From positions 29,854 to 93,853 of the forward strand of contig JAUYIB010000007.1 in assembly GCA_030688425.1 (NCBI GenBank): a stretch of DNA of 64,000 bases, written 5' to 3'. The position numbers were made by a program, and so were the translations under genes. Numbering within the stretch: the stretch's first letter is position 1; every line of letters begins with the position of its first letter. Positions 1 through 11,858 of the stretch are shown piece after piece. This stretch comes from Candidatus Omnitrophota bacterium (GTDB taxonomy: Bacteria; Omnitrophota; Gorgyraeia; Zapsychrales; JANLHA01). The notes below the pieces were generated by a model. The model saw only the letters and a program-made list of their open reading frames with translations. It was not told where the DNA came from and searched no databases.

Positions 1-462
1 GGCATAAAATTCACACTGGATAGGAATGATAATCGAGTCGCTGGCCACCAAGGCATTCAGCGTAAGCAATCCCAGCGACGGCGGCGAATCAATGAAAATA
101 AAATCATAATTTTCTTTTATTGAGGAAATGGCCTTGCGCAAACGGGTTTCCCGCGACAGAGCTCCGACGAGCTCAATCTCTGCGCCGGTCAAATTGATGT
201 TGCAGGGGATAATATCGAGGTTTGGATAGACGCCGGAAATAATAGCGTCCTCAATGGAACTCTTGCTTAAAATGACGTCGTAGACGGACTTGGAAATTTC
301 GCTTTTGTTAACCCCCACCCCGCTGGTTGCATTTCCTTGGGGATCCGTATCGACGATCAGGACTCTTTTCCCGATTGAAGCAAGGGCATGAGAAAGGTTT
401 ACCGTTGTTGTTGTCTTCCCGGTTCCACCCTTCTGATTACAAATTGCTATAGTTTTTCCCAT
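1..462 (-). CDS. parA: ParA/Soj chromosome-partitioning ATPase (C-terminus cut by window start)
   Basis: The complement of 462..1 translates to MGKTIAICNQKGGTGKTTTTVNLSHALASIGKRVLIVDTDPQGNATSGVGV... It carries the deviant Walker A KGGTGKT and the DTDPQGN motif of ParA/Soj. The frame runs off the window, so it is absent from the ORF track. Confidence 0.9.
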   Translation of the reverse strand, partial: MGKTIAICNQKGGTGKTTTTVNLSHALASIGKRVLIVDTDPQGNATSGVGVNKSEISKSVYDVILSKSSIEDAIISGVYPNLDIIPCNINLTGAEIELVGALSRETRLRKAISSIKENYDFIFIDSPPSLGLLTLNALVASDSIIIPIQCEFYA

Positions 463-476
463 ATCATTTTGTGATG

Positions 477-492
477 GTTTTCACGTGAAACA
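477..492. promoter_or_regulatory. parS: parS-like centromere site
   Basis: GTTTTCACGTGAAACA matches the parS consensus TGTTNCACGTGAAACA at 14 of 16 positions, with the central CACGTG palindrome intact. It lies 15 nt upstream of the parA start codon. Confidence 0.6.
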
Positions 493-645
493 CTTCATAA
501 CACTATTTTCTACGATTTTTATAGTAAATCAAGAAGTTTCTTAAATTTATTATAGCGAATTTATTTTAAAAAATCGAGGTGATTTATGTCTTTTCAAAAA
601 GTGATTTCGACAAAGAATCAGAAAACAGAAATACGGAGGGAAAAT

Positions 646-840
646 TTATTGGTTTTTAACGCTGGCCTTGATTTTTGCAGGCTTTGCTCCGCTCATGCCG
701 AAGAGCCCTTTTTGTTCCTCACAAACAACTTTTATACTAAGGTCCTCTCTCTTCACCCGTAGCGCATCCATGGCCTTTTTTATCGCATCCTCGACCGTGG
801 CCCCCTCAACCTCAATGATGTTTCTTTTCTTTCGCTCCAT
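646..840 (-). CDS. Jag_N-domain protein (truncated Jag/KhpB-like)
   Basis: 64-aa ORF. IEVEGATVEDAIKKAMDALRVKREDLSIKVVCEEQKGLFGM..AKIKA resembles the Jag_N domain. It sits in the conserved position just downstream of yidC. No KH or R3H part is present. Confidence 0.6.
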   Translation of the reverse strand: MERKKRNIIEVEGATVEDAIKKAMDALRVKREDLSIKVVCEEQKGLFGMSGAKPAKIKASVKNQ

Positions 841-841
841 C

Positions 842-2431
842 TTAGCTTGCCTTTGTCATTTTGGACATTTTAAACTGCGTCAGAGTGGACATTAAATAAA
901 AAATCGTAAAATAAAGCGTCAACCCGCTGGCAAATTTATAAAACAAAATTCCCATCATCGGGGGCATGATCATAACCATCATCTTTTGCTGGGCAGCCTG
1001 AGATGGGTCTGTGGTGACCATGTTTTTTGTCGAAAGTTTTTGCTGTACAAACATGATGACCATCATTAAAATCGGCAGAATATTCAATTCGTTTCCAACC
1101 AACGGGAGGCTTGATGAAAATACCACCAGGCGATCCGGCTCCGACAAATCTTTAATCCACAAAAAATGAGCCCCTTTAAAAGAAACAGATCGCCACAAAA
1201 CTTGATACAAACCAAAGAAAATCGGCATTTGTAAAAAAAGCGGCAAACACCCACCAAAAGGATTGACCTTGTTTTCCTTGTATAATTCCATGATTTCTTT
1301 GTTCAATCTCTGTGGATTAGCCTTATATTGCTCCCGAAGGGCATTTATTTTCGGCTGCAAGAATTGAATCTTCTTCATGGATGACATGCCGCTCAGCGTC
1401 AACGGATATAAAGCCAAATAGATGAGCAAACTGACAAGAATTATTGCAACCCCCCAATTAGGAATGAATTTGTAGGACAAGTTTATCATGGAATTGATGG
1501 CTTTTGAAATCGCGTCCAGCCACCTCCAGCTACTGAAAACCATGAGCTGCTCAAAGCCCAGCTCATAGCTTTTCATCAAGTCATACTTCTGCGGGCCAAA
1601 GAATATCTTTGCGCCAATGCCCGCTTCACGTGGAACATCAGATTCATTGATGTGCATCGACAGGGTTAAAACCTCCTCATTTACAGGAATTACCTGAATT
1701 TTGTCTGTTTTAAATTCGGGCTTAATTCCGATACAAAAATATCGATCGCGAAAACCAAGAATCGGATCAACCCCGGTCAAGTCTCTCTGTTCATTAGAAT
1801 GAAATTTACTGGCATTTTCTTTACGAAATGTTTTCCCGCTGGAAATAACAGCATATTCAAACAATCTTTTTTCTTGCTCAGCCTTGCTTGATTTGTCCAA
1901 TCTGGAAATGTCCAATGTGAAGGCTTTGATTTCTTTAAGATTGGACATTTCGCGAAGATTCCGCCACTTTATCCGGGCTTCCATCAAATACCCGCTGTCG
2001 GCCAAAAAATATTCCTTTGTAATCCGGATATCCTGATCTTCATAGACAAGGGAAATTGCTTCATCGGTAAATTCGGACACACGAAAATGCGCATTTTCAT
2101 ATCCGGCAATGGCCATAATATCGCTGACGGGAAGCTGCGCGCCATAATCCTTAATGATGACCTGTTGCAGGGATCCGCCCTGTGAGCTAATTTCAGCGAT
2201 CAGTTTATCATTTTCCAGCCGTTTGGTTTCAACAGGAATTTCCTGGACGGTCGGCAGAGGGGACGGGGGGGACGAAAGAGCCTGATCTACGACAGGGCGG
2301 GAGTCATTAATATCTTCATTATTCACAACGGGTTGTGGCTTGTGCGCGGGCTTGGGGGGCGGGAAAAGAGCGCTCCACAAGAACAGGACAGAAAAGGACA
2401 GCAAAAAGGCGAGTAAAAATCGTTTTTCCAT
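842..2431 (-). CDS. yidC: YidC membrane protein insertase
   Basis: 529-aa ORF with an N-terminal TM, a long periplasmic domain and a C-terminal insertase core (NPFGGCLPLFLQMPIFFGLYQVLW). Synteny with yidD and rpmH supports the call. Confidence 0.95.
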   Translation of the reverse strand: MEKRFLLAFLLSFSVLFLWSALFPPPKPAHKPQPVVNNEDINDSRPVVDQALSSPPSPLPTVQEIPVETKRLENDKLIAEISSQGGSLQQVIIKDYGAQLPVSDIMAIAGYENAHFRVSEFTDEAISLVYEDQDIRITKEYFLADSGYLMEARIKWRNLREMSNLKEIKAFTLDISRLDKSSKAEQEKRLFEYAVISSGKTFRKENASKFHSNEQRDLTGVDPILGFRDRYFCIGIKPEFKTDKIQVIPVNEEVLTLSMHINESDVPREAGIGAKIFFGPQKYDLMKSYELGFEQLMVFSSWRWLDAISKAINSMINLSYKFIPNWGVAIILVSLLIYLALYPLTLSGMSSMKKIQFLQPKINALREQYKANPQRLNKEIMELYKENKVNPFGGCLPLFLQMPIFFGLYQVLWRSVSFKGAHFLWIKDLSEPDRLVVFSSSLPLVGNELNILPILMMVIMFVQQKLSTKNMVTTDPSQAAQQKMMVMIMPPMMGILFYKFASGLTLYFTIFYLMSTLTQFKMSKMTKAS

Positions 2432-2437
2432 GAAATA

Positions 2438-2674
2438 TTACCTTACCGGATCGTGACCCCCCTTAGACAGGGGGGAACAGCGTATAATGCGAAAGAGGGC
2501 CTTCAGAGAGCCTTTGCAGAAGCCGTAGCGCTCAATGGCTTCTTTGGCATAGGAAGAGCACGTTGGATAAAAGCGACAGGTCCTCGGCAAAAAATGCCTG
2601 GCAAAAACCTGATATGCACCTATCAACGATATGGAAATTTTGCCCATGAAGGCGCTGTGACGACCGCCGGCCAT
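2438..2674 (-). CDS. yidD: YidD membrane protein insertion efficiency factor
   Basis: 78-aa ORF with the signature CRFYPTCSSYAKEAIERYG...CSPLSKGGHDPV. Confidence 0.9.
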   Translation of the reverse strand: MAGGRHSAFMGKISISLIGAYQVFARHFLPRTCRFYPTCSSYAKEAIERYGFCKGSLKALFRIIRCSPLSKGGHDPVR

Positions 2675-2811
2675 TAAACCGTCAGGCGTTTTCGTCCCTT
2701 GGCACGGCGACGCTTGAGAATTTTCCGGCCGTCGGAGGTGGACATCCTTTTGCGGAACCCGTGGCGTCTTTTTCCCTTGATGATCGAAGGCGTGTTAAGA
2801 TGCTTTTTCAT
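2674..2811 (-). CDS. rpmH: 50S ribosomal protein L34
   Basis: Too short for the ORF track. The complement of 2811..2674 reads [45 protein letters not shown], the classic L34 pattern. Its stop codon shares one nucleotide (2674) with the yidD start. Confidence 0.9.
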   Translation of the reverse strand: MKKHLNTPSIIKGKRRHGFRKRMSTSDGRKILKRRRAKGRKRLTV

Positions 2812-3365
2812 AATTTGTAAATTATAACACGCAACTTTCGATAGTCAAGTTTTTTCACCTCACAGAGTTAAAATTTTCTGTGTCGCAAGGGTTTGTGAAA
2901 AAGCGGCTCCGGGCTCGACGGCGAGGGGAGGGGGTGGGCCGGGGAATGCGGCCGCGGCCGCCCCTGCCAGAACGCCGCTGCTGGAGGCCGTCAGAAATTT
3001 GAGTTGAAATACCAGTTTTGTTTGCTATAATAAAAACACTTTTGGCGTGATGAGATCCCATTGCATATGAACCTGCGCTTTTCGTCTTCCTTCGAGAACG
3101 GCAAACTCCTGACGCAAGTTTTTCTGTCCTCTGAATACCAGCGAAGAGAGCGAGCCCTGGCCTTAAAAAGGCCGGACGACCGGATCCTATTTAAACCCAT
3201 GAAATATTAATGGGATTGGCTCCAGCGGAAATCAAAATTCACAGATGTTGAAAACCTGTGGAAAACAATTATACCACAACCCTTTGAATATCATTGATTT
3301 GTGTTATTGCTGGGCCAGGCCACTGATTTCATGACCCCCCGGCAAAAAGATATTCACCCCTGACC

Positions 3366-4703
3366 ATGACCCTATCGACCATTTGGGAAACAGCCAAGCC
3401 TCTCCTTAAAGACAAAATCGGTCCGACAACATACGACACGTGGTTTTCGACTCTCCTCGTCAAGGAGAAAGACTCGGAAACCCTCACGATCATCGCCCCC
3501 GACACGTTTTTCAAAAACTGGATTGTGGATCATTACTTGTCCTCCCTGGAGGCCGTGCTCAAAGATCTGACGCAAAAAAGCGTCCGCGTCGAGTTCGAGA
3601 TCGATCCGCATGTCCTTAAGGAAAAAATCGACGATCCCCTGATCCCGGCGGACAAAAGGGGGGCCGCGCCGGCGGATCGCAGCACCGTAGATCTCAACCC
3701 GCGATTTACGTTCGACAATTTTGTGATCGGCCCGTCCAACCGGTTTGCCTACGCCGCCAGTATGGCGGTCGCCGAATCGCCGGCCAAGGCCTATAATCCG
3801 CTGTTCATTTACGGTCCCGTGGGTCTCGGAAAAACGCATCTCATGCAGGCGATCACCCACCAGATCAAGGTCCATCATCCGGACGTCAAGCATTGTTACA
3901 TCTCATCGGAAAAATTCACCAACGAGCTCATCGACGCCATCCGCCACAGATCGACCAGCCAATTCCGCCAAAAATACCGCCACATCGATGTCTTGCTGAT
4001 TGACGACATTCATTTCATCGCCGGGAAAGAGTCCACCCAGGAGGAATTTTTTCACACCTTCAACGCCCTGCACAACAACCGCAAGCAGATTATTATCTCA
4101 TCGGACAGGCCGCCCAAAGAGATCGCAAACCTGGAAGAACGGCTTGTGTCCCGCTTTGGGTGGGGGCTGGTGGCTGACATTCAGCCGCCGAACTTTGAAA
4201 CCCGGGTCGCCATTCTGCGTAAAAAAATCGAAAAAGAACCCGTGCCGGTTCCTGACGCCGTCATCACGTTTATCGCCGATCAGATCAAGACCAACATCCG
4301 CGAGCTGGAGGGGGCCCTGATCCGCGTGGTGGCATATTCGCTTCTGGAAGACCGTCCGGTTTCCCTGGACATGTCCAAGGCGGTCCTTAAAGACATGGTG
4401 AAGGAAACGATTCCCACCATCAGTATCGAAATGGTCCAGAAAAAGGTTGCCGAATTTTTTAAATTGAGCGTTTCGGACTTGAAAGCCAAGCGCCGGAGTA
4501 AAAACATTTTACTTCCCAGGCAAATCGCCATGCATCTGATCCGCCATTTGACAAATTTTTCATTGCCGGAAATCGGACAGTCGTTTGGGGGGAAGGATCA
4601 CACCACGGTTCTTCATTCTCTTAAAAAGATCGATCGAGATTTACAAACGAACAAAGAGTTGAAAAATACTATTGAACAGCTTATGGTTGCGCTCAAACAG
4701 TAA
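3366..4703 (+). CDS. dnaA: Chromosomal replication initiator DnaA
   Basis: 445-aa ORF with AAA+ Walker A GPVGLGKTHL, Walker B LLIDDIHF and a C-terminal DNA-binding region containing GGKDHTTVLHS. Confidence 0.97.
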   Translation: MTLSTIWETAKPLLKDKIGPTTYDTWFSTLLVKEKDSETLTIIAPDTFFKNWIVDHYLSSLEAVLKDLTQKSVRVEFEIDPHVLKEKIDDPLIPADKRGAAPADRSTVDLNPRFTFDNFVIGPSNRFAYAASMAVAESPAKAYNPLFIYGPVGLGKTHLMQAITHQIKVHHPDVKHCYISSEKFTNELIDAIRHRSTSQFRQKYRHIDVLLIDDIHFIAGKESTQEEFFHTFNALHNNRKQIIISSDRPPKEIANLEERLVSRFGWGLVADIQPPNFETRVAILRKKIEKEPVPVPDAVITFIADQIKTNIRELEGALIRVVAYSLLEDRPVSLDMSKAVLKDMVKETIPTISIEMVQKKVAEFFKLSVSDLKAKRRSKNILLPRQIAMHLIRHLTNFSLPEIGQSFGGKDHTTVLHSLKKIDRDLQTNKELKNTIEQLMVALKQ

Positions 4704-4784
4704 GTGAACAGCAACTTAGCCGGAAATTAACAGGGATTTTATTCATAAACAACGACTTCTTAATGTCTTTCGAATTTGTTCCAC

Positions 4785-4793
4785 TTATCCACA
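4785..4793 (+). promoter_or_regulatory. Perfect DnaA box TTATCCACA
   Basis: Exact 9-mer consensus in the dnaA-dnaN intergenic region. Confidence 0.6.
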
Positions 4794-4875
4794 CCGCCTA
4801 TTAAAACGACGGCGACTATTTGGGGGAGATTTTAAATAAACAACCTGGTTGTGCAAATCGGAGGGCTTGTTAATT

Positions 4876-5964
4876 ATGAAGATAAAACTTTCAAAAGACG
4901 ACCTATTGAACGGGATACAAACAGTACAGAATGTTGTATCCAGCAAGGCGACTTTGCCCATTCTCTCCAATATGTTGGTGGAGACAAAAAGCAACGTGAT
5001 GAAAATGAACACAACAGATTTAGATATCGGTATATCCTGTGAAATACCTGTGAATACCGTTGAAGAAGGTGCTATAACCATTCCGGCGAAACGCTTTAGC
5101 GACATAATTAGAGAACTGCCGTCTGGGGATATCGTGATCAGTGCCAAAAAAAATAACCAGGTGGATATTGAAGGGGAAAAATGCCGGTTCAAACTGATCG
5201 GAATGCCCAAGGAAGAGTTTCCTAAGTTTCCAGAATTTAAAGATAAAGAAGTGGTTAAAATCAACCAGCCGATGTTTAAAGAGATGTTACGGCTGACGTC
5301 GTTTGCGGTTTCGCACGAAGAATCACGGTATGTGCTCAACGGTGTTTTATTGGAAATCTCCGGGGCCGATATCCGTGTGGTGGCCACGGACGGCCGCCGG
5401 CTGGCGAAAAGCGAAAAAAAGCTGGAGACCCCGGCCAAAAAAGACATCTCCGTGATCATCCCGATCAAGGCTGTTCAGGAAATTTTCCGGAATTTGAACG
5501 GGGAAGAGGACATCTCCTTTATTGTGGGGACGAACCAGGTGCTCCTGGATGTCGAAAAAATTCTGATCGCAACCCGGATCATTGAAGGGGAATTCCCGAA
5601 CTATCAGCAGGTCATTCCCAAGCCGGTAATGCCAAAAATCAAAGTGAACACCCAGGCGCTTTTAAGCGCCATCCGCCGCGCCAGCCTTTTGACGACGCCG
5701 GATTTCCAGGCGGTCAAATTCGAGGTTTTTACCAATAAACTTGTCCTTTCAAAGACAACGCCGGATTTGGGAGAATCGCGCGAAGAGGTCCCGATTGAGT
5801 ACGGCGGCAAGGAATTGATCGTCGGATTCAATCCGCAATTTTTCATCGACGCGTTGAAAAACATCGACGCGGAAACGATCGACCTGGAGTTGTTGGGGCC
5901 CGACAAGGCGGGGGTCATCCGCATGCCGGACTATCTTTATCTCGCTCTGCCGATGCGGATTTGA
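4876..5964 (+). CDS. dnaN: DNA polymerase III beta sliding clamp
   Basis: The ORF track frame starts at 4849. I prefer ATG 4876 (MKIKLSKDDLLNGIQTVQNVV), which has GGAGGG about 10 nt upstream. It has typical three-domain clamp length (362 aa) and lies directly after dnaA. Confidence 0.95.
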   Translation: MKIKLSKDDLLNGIQTVQNVVSSKATLPILSNMLVETKSNVMKMNTTDLDIGISCEIPVNTVEEGAITIPAKRFSDIIRELPSGDIVISAKKNNQVDIEGEKCRFKLIGMPKEEFPKFPEFKDKEVVKINQPMFKEMLRLTSFAVSHEESRYVLNGVLLEISGADIRVVATDGRRLAKSEKKLETPAKKDISVIIPIKAVQEIFRNLNGEEDISFIVGTNQVLLDVEKILIATRIIEGEFPNYQQVIPKPVMPKIKVNTQALLSAIRRASLLTTPDFQAVKFEVFTNKLVLSKTTPDLGESREEVPIEYGGKELIVGFNPQFFIDALKNIDAETIDLELLGPDKAGVIRMPDYLYLALPMRI

Positions 5965-6080
5965 AGGCGGGAAGGGGCACAGAGAAATCCTCGCGGAGAC
6001 TGGGGATTTCGTTTCTTTTATGAGGCCGCGATTTTCGGACAAGCGGAAAAGATTCAATTCCCCTATGGACACATCGGGAA

Positions 6081-8821
<2,741 letters not shown>

Positions 8822-8837
8822 TGACGGCTTGACTATC

Positions 8838-8928
8838 GGAGCGAGAGCGAACGCAAGTCAACGCCGGAATTAACCCCGGCCGCCTTGCCCTGCTGCGCGG
8901 TTAGGGCAGCAGGGGATAATGAGCGCAT
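8838..8928. repeat. Intergenic repeat element, copy A (GGAGCGAGAGCGAAC ... GAATTAACCCC ... TAATGAGCGCAT)
   Basis: It shares three words with copy B at 34396-34473: GGAGCGA[GA]AGCGAAC in a hairpin loop, GAATTAACCCC, and TAATGAGCGCAT. It also contains a 9-bp hairpin, CCCTGCTGC (8888-8896) / GCAGCAGGG (8906-8914). Confidence 0.55.
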
Positions 8929-8977
8929 TGTTGGCGCGAGTTCGGATTTTAGCGAAGCAGAGAAAGGCCACCAAGTT

Positions 8978-11452
8978 ATGAAAGATTTAACGACACAGGA
9001 AAAAATTATCCCGGTTTATATCGAAGAAGAGATGAAGCGTTCCTATCTCTCTTATTCGATGAGCGTCATTATCGGCCGCGCTTTGCCGGACGTCCGGGAC
9101 GGCCTTAAGCCTGTCCACCGGCGCATCCTGTACGCCATGAAAGAGCTTAATCTGGAGCACACCAAGCCCTACAAGAAAAGTGCGCGTATCGTCGGGGAGG
9201 TCCTGGGCAAGTATCACCCGCACGGCGATGCCGCGGTGTACGAGACCATGGTGCGCATGGTCCAGGATTTTTCGCTGCGATATCCCCTCGTTGACGGGCA
9301 GGGAAACTTCGGCTCGGTCGACGGCGACGCGGCCGCGGCCATGCGTTACACCGAGGCGCGGCTGGCCGCGGTGTCCGAAAACGTGTTGGGGGACATTGAA
9401 AAAGAGACCGTGGATTTCGGCCCGAACTTTGACGCGTCGCTCCAGGAGCCTCTTCTTCTTCCCGCCACCCTTCCCAATCTTCTGGTCAACGGATCGAGCG
9501 GGATCGCCGTCGGTATGGCGACCAACATGCCGCCGCACAATCTCAGGGAGGTCTGCGCCGGGATCGCGCACCTGCTCGACAACCCCGAGGCCACGATTCA
9601 GGAATTGGCGAAATTTGTGAAAGGGCCGGATTTCCCGACGGGCGGCATCATCTGCGGCCGCGACGGGATCAAGGACGCGTATACCGCGGGCCGCGGCAAG
9701 GTCACCCTGCGCGCCAAGGCGGTCATTGAGCGGCAAAAGGGGAACAAGGACACGATCGTTGTTACCGAGATCCCGTATCAGGTCAACAAGTCCAACCTGA
9801 TCACCGCGATCGCGGACCTGGTCCAGGACAAAAGCGTCGAGGGGATTTCCGACATCCGGGACGAATCGGACAAGGACGGGATCCGCATCGTCATCGAACT
9901 CAAGCGCGAAGTCGAGCCGCAGATCATCCTCAACTACCTCTATAAGCACACCCAGCTGGAGACGACGTTCGGTATCATTAATCTGGCCCTGGTCAACAAC
10001 AGCCCGCGCACGCTCAATCTTAAACAGCTGATGCAGTATTATGTGGCGCACCGGCGCGTCATTATCCGCCGGAGGACCCAGTTTGACCTGGACCGCGCCC
10101 TGAAGCGCGCGCACATCCTCGAGGGGCTGCGCATCGCGATCGACGCGATCGACGAGATCATCCGTGCGATCCGGGCCTCCAAGAGCGCGCCCGAGGCCAA
10201 GGTCAGCTTAATGAAAAAGTTCAAGCTCTCCGAGATCCAGGCCCAGGCGATCCTGGAAATGCAGCTACAGCGCCTGACCGCCCTCGAACGCAGCAAGATC
10301 GAGGAGGAATACAAGGCGCTTTTGAAAGACATCGAAAATTACCGCGCCATCCTGGCCTCGGAAAAAAAAATCGACGGTATCATCAAGGACGAACTGGCCC
10401 TTCTCACGGAAAAATACGGCGACGAGCGCCGCACGGAGATCGCCGGCAAGGCCGAAGAGATCGAGGTCGAGGACCTGATCGCCGAAGAGGACATGGCCAT
10501 CACCATCAGCAACACCGGGTACATCAAGCGCCTTCCGGTGGACGCCTACCGCAAACAGCGGCGGGGCGGCAAGGGGGTCACGGCCATGACCACCAAGGAG
10601 GAAGATTTTGTGAGCCACCTGTTTGTGGCGTCCTCCAAGGATTATCTTCTCATCTTTTCCAATAAAGGGGTCGTGCGATGGCTCAAGGTGTATGAAATTC
10701 CCATCGCGTCCCGCAGCGCCAAGGGCAAGGCCATCGTCAATCTGCTCTCTTTCAGCAACGACGAGAGCATCAGCTCGATCGTGGCCGTCAAGGAATTCAG
10801 CCCCGACCAGTTTGTGGTCATGGTGACCGCCAAAGGCAACATCAAGAAGACCAGCCTGGCGGCGTTCAGCAATCCGCGGAAAGGCGGGATCGTCGGGATC
10901 ACGCTGGACAAGGGCGACTACTTGATCGGGACCGCCCTCAGCGGCGGCAAGAATGACATCCTTCTGGCCACCCGGCAGGGCAAGGCCCTTCGGTTCTCGG
11001 AAAAACAGATCCGCGACATGGGCCGCGGCGCCCGCGGCGTGAGGGGCCTCAATTTGTCCAAGGACGATGTCGTGGTGAGCATGCAGGTCTTCCCGACCGA
11101 CATCTCAAAGACCGGCAGCACGCTTTTGACGGTTTCCTCACTGGGGTTCGCCAAGAGGTCCGCGTTCGACGATTACCGCACTCAGTCCCGCGGCGGCAAG
11201 GGCATCATCAACATGAAGGTGACCGACAGAAACGGGCTCGTGGTCGGCACCCTGGCGGTGATGGCGGATGACGAGATCATGGCCGTCACCAAAAAGGGGA
11301 TGATCGTGCGCTGCTCCATCGGCGACATCCGTGAATCGTCCCGCAGCACCCAGGGCGTCCGGTTGATATCGATGGACAAGGACGACTTGGTCAGCTCGGT
11401 GGCGAACGTTGTGGCCAGGGACGAGGACAACGGCGGCGGGGCCGAGGCGTGA
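8978..11452 (+). CDS. gyrA: DNA gyrase subunit A
   Basis: The start is moved from the track's 8885 to ATG 8978 ([31 protein letters not shown]), the canonical GyrA N-terminus. The active-site Tyr context is [11 protein letters not shown]-terminal pinwheel repeats are present. Confidence 0.97.
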   Translation: MKDLTTQEKIIPVYIEEEMKRSYLSYSMSVIIGRALPDVRDGLKPVHRRILYAMKELNLEHTKPYKKSARIVGEVLGKYHPHGDAAVYETMVRMVQDFSLRYPLVDGQGNFGSVDGDAAAAMRYTEARLAAVSENVLGDIEKETVDFGPNFDASLQEPLLLPATLPNLLVNGSSGIAVGMATNMPPHNLREVCAGIAHLLDNPEATIQELAKFVKGPDFPTGGIICGRDGIKDAYTAGRGKVTLRAKAVIERQKGNKDTIVVTEIPYQVNKSNLITAIADLVQDKSVEGISDIRDESDKDGIRIVIELKREVEPQIILNYLYKHTQLETTFGIINLALVNNSPRTLNLKQLMQYYVAHRRVIIRRRTQFDLDRALKRAHILEGLRIAIDAIDEIIRAIRASKSAPEAKVSLMKKFKLSEIQAQAILEMQLQRLTALERSKIEEEYKALLKDIENYRAILASEKKIDGIIKDELALLTEKYGDERRTEIAGKAEEIEVEDLIAEEDMAITISNTGYIKRLPVDAYRKQRRGGKGVTAMTTKEEDFVSHLFVASSKDYLLIFSNKGVVRWLKVYEIPIASRSAKGKAIVNLLSFSNDESISSIVAVKEFSPDQFVVMVTAKGNIKKTSLAAFSNPRKGGIVGITLDKGDYLIGTALSGGKNDILLATRQGKALRFSEKQIRDMGRGARGVRGLNLSKDDVVVSMQVFPTDISKTGSTLLTVSSLGFAKRSAFDDYRTQSRGGKGIINMKVTDRNGLVVGTLAVMADDEIMAVTKKGMIVRCSIGDIRESSRSTQGVRLISMDKDDLVSSVANVVARDEDNGGGAEA

Positions 11453-11465
11453 GACTTCTTTTCTC

Positions 11466-11493
11466 TTGACCGTCGGGCGTTGTTGTCTATAAT
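11466..11493 (+). promoter_or_regulatory. Sigma70-like promoter for tRNA-Glu (TTGACC-16-TATAAT)
   Basis: TTGACC at 11466-11471 and TATAAT at 11488-11493 are separated by 16 nt. The -10 ends 25 nt before the tRNA 5' end. Confidence 0.5.
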
Positions 11494-11518
11494 AAGGCAT
11501 CTTGCTTACGAATTTCGC

Positions 11519-11595
11519 GACCCCATCGTCTAGCCTGGTCAGGACACAAGCTTTTCAAGCTTGCAGCGCGGGTTCAAATCCCGCTGGGGTCGCCA
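11519..11595 (+). tRNA. tRNA-Glu (anticodon UUC), CCA encoded
   Basis: Manual cloverleaf. The acceptor GACCCCA pairs with TGGGGTC. The anticodon stem is CAAGC/GCTTG with loop TT-TTC-AA. The T arm is GCGGG-TTCAAAT-CCCGC. The discriminator is G, followed by CCA. Confidence 0.9.
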
Positions 11596-11632
11596 TGATT
11601 TTGAGTCCCCGGAAAGGGGACTCAAAATCATG
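11594..11632. repeat. Perfect 17-bp inverted repeat (hairpin) abutting the tRNA 3' end
   Basis: CATGATTTTGAGTCCCC - GGAAA - GGGGACTCAAAATCATG. The left arm starts inside the tRNA CCA. No U-tract follows. Confidence 0.7.
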
Positions 11633-11712
11633 ACGATCTCACGGTTGATCCGCCAGCGGAGATAGCGGGCGACCGAGCGAAGCGAGGAAGTGGTTGAGCG
11701 AAAGCGAGACCA

Positions 11713-11728
11713 TTCAAATCCCGCTGGG
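11713..11728 (+). repeat. Direct duplicate of the tRNA-Glu T-loop/acceptor 3' segment
   Basis: TTCAAATCCCGCTGGG at 11713-11728 is identical to 11573-11588 inside the tRNA. The upstream T-stem half is not duplicated, so this copy cannot fold as a tRNA. Confidence 0.7.
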
Positions 11729-11858
11729 TCATCCGACCCGAGGCCCCGGACCGGGTTGCCGCTTTTCATCAATCATGTTTCCTTCGGGGGGCATGATTTT
11801 ATTTTTTGATGGAGCCGCCGGCGCGGCGAGGGATTTCCAGGAGGCTGCCGTGGACGTC

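Noticed and set aside
586-759. Plus-strand ~57-codon ORF with a GAGGTG SD-like sequence
   Set aside because: It overlaps the jag-like gene on the opposite strand and has no recognisable features, so it is likely chance.
2855-3200. Two overlapping 68/69-aa minus-strand ORFs in the rpmH-dnaA spacer, considered as a displaced rnpA
   Set aside because: They show no RnpA-like motif. One is generated by the GC-rich G-run island. They also lie upstream of rpmH, not downstream, so they cannot fill the rnpA position.
5983-6020. Terminator after dnaN (GAAATCC...GGATTTC followed by a T-rich run)
   Set aside because: The stem is only 7 bp with a 12-nt loop and an interrupted T-tract, which is too weak to call.
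8885-8977. N-terminal extensions implied by the ORF-track starts (gyrA 8885, dnaN 4849, dehydrogenase 11694, parvulin 15408, flp1 24310, tadC 34464)
   Set aside because: The internal starts reproduce canonical family N-termini and have better SD spacing. The extensions run through intergenic repeats or promoters.
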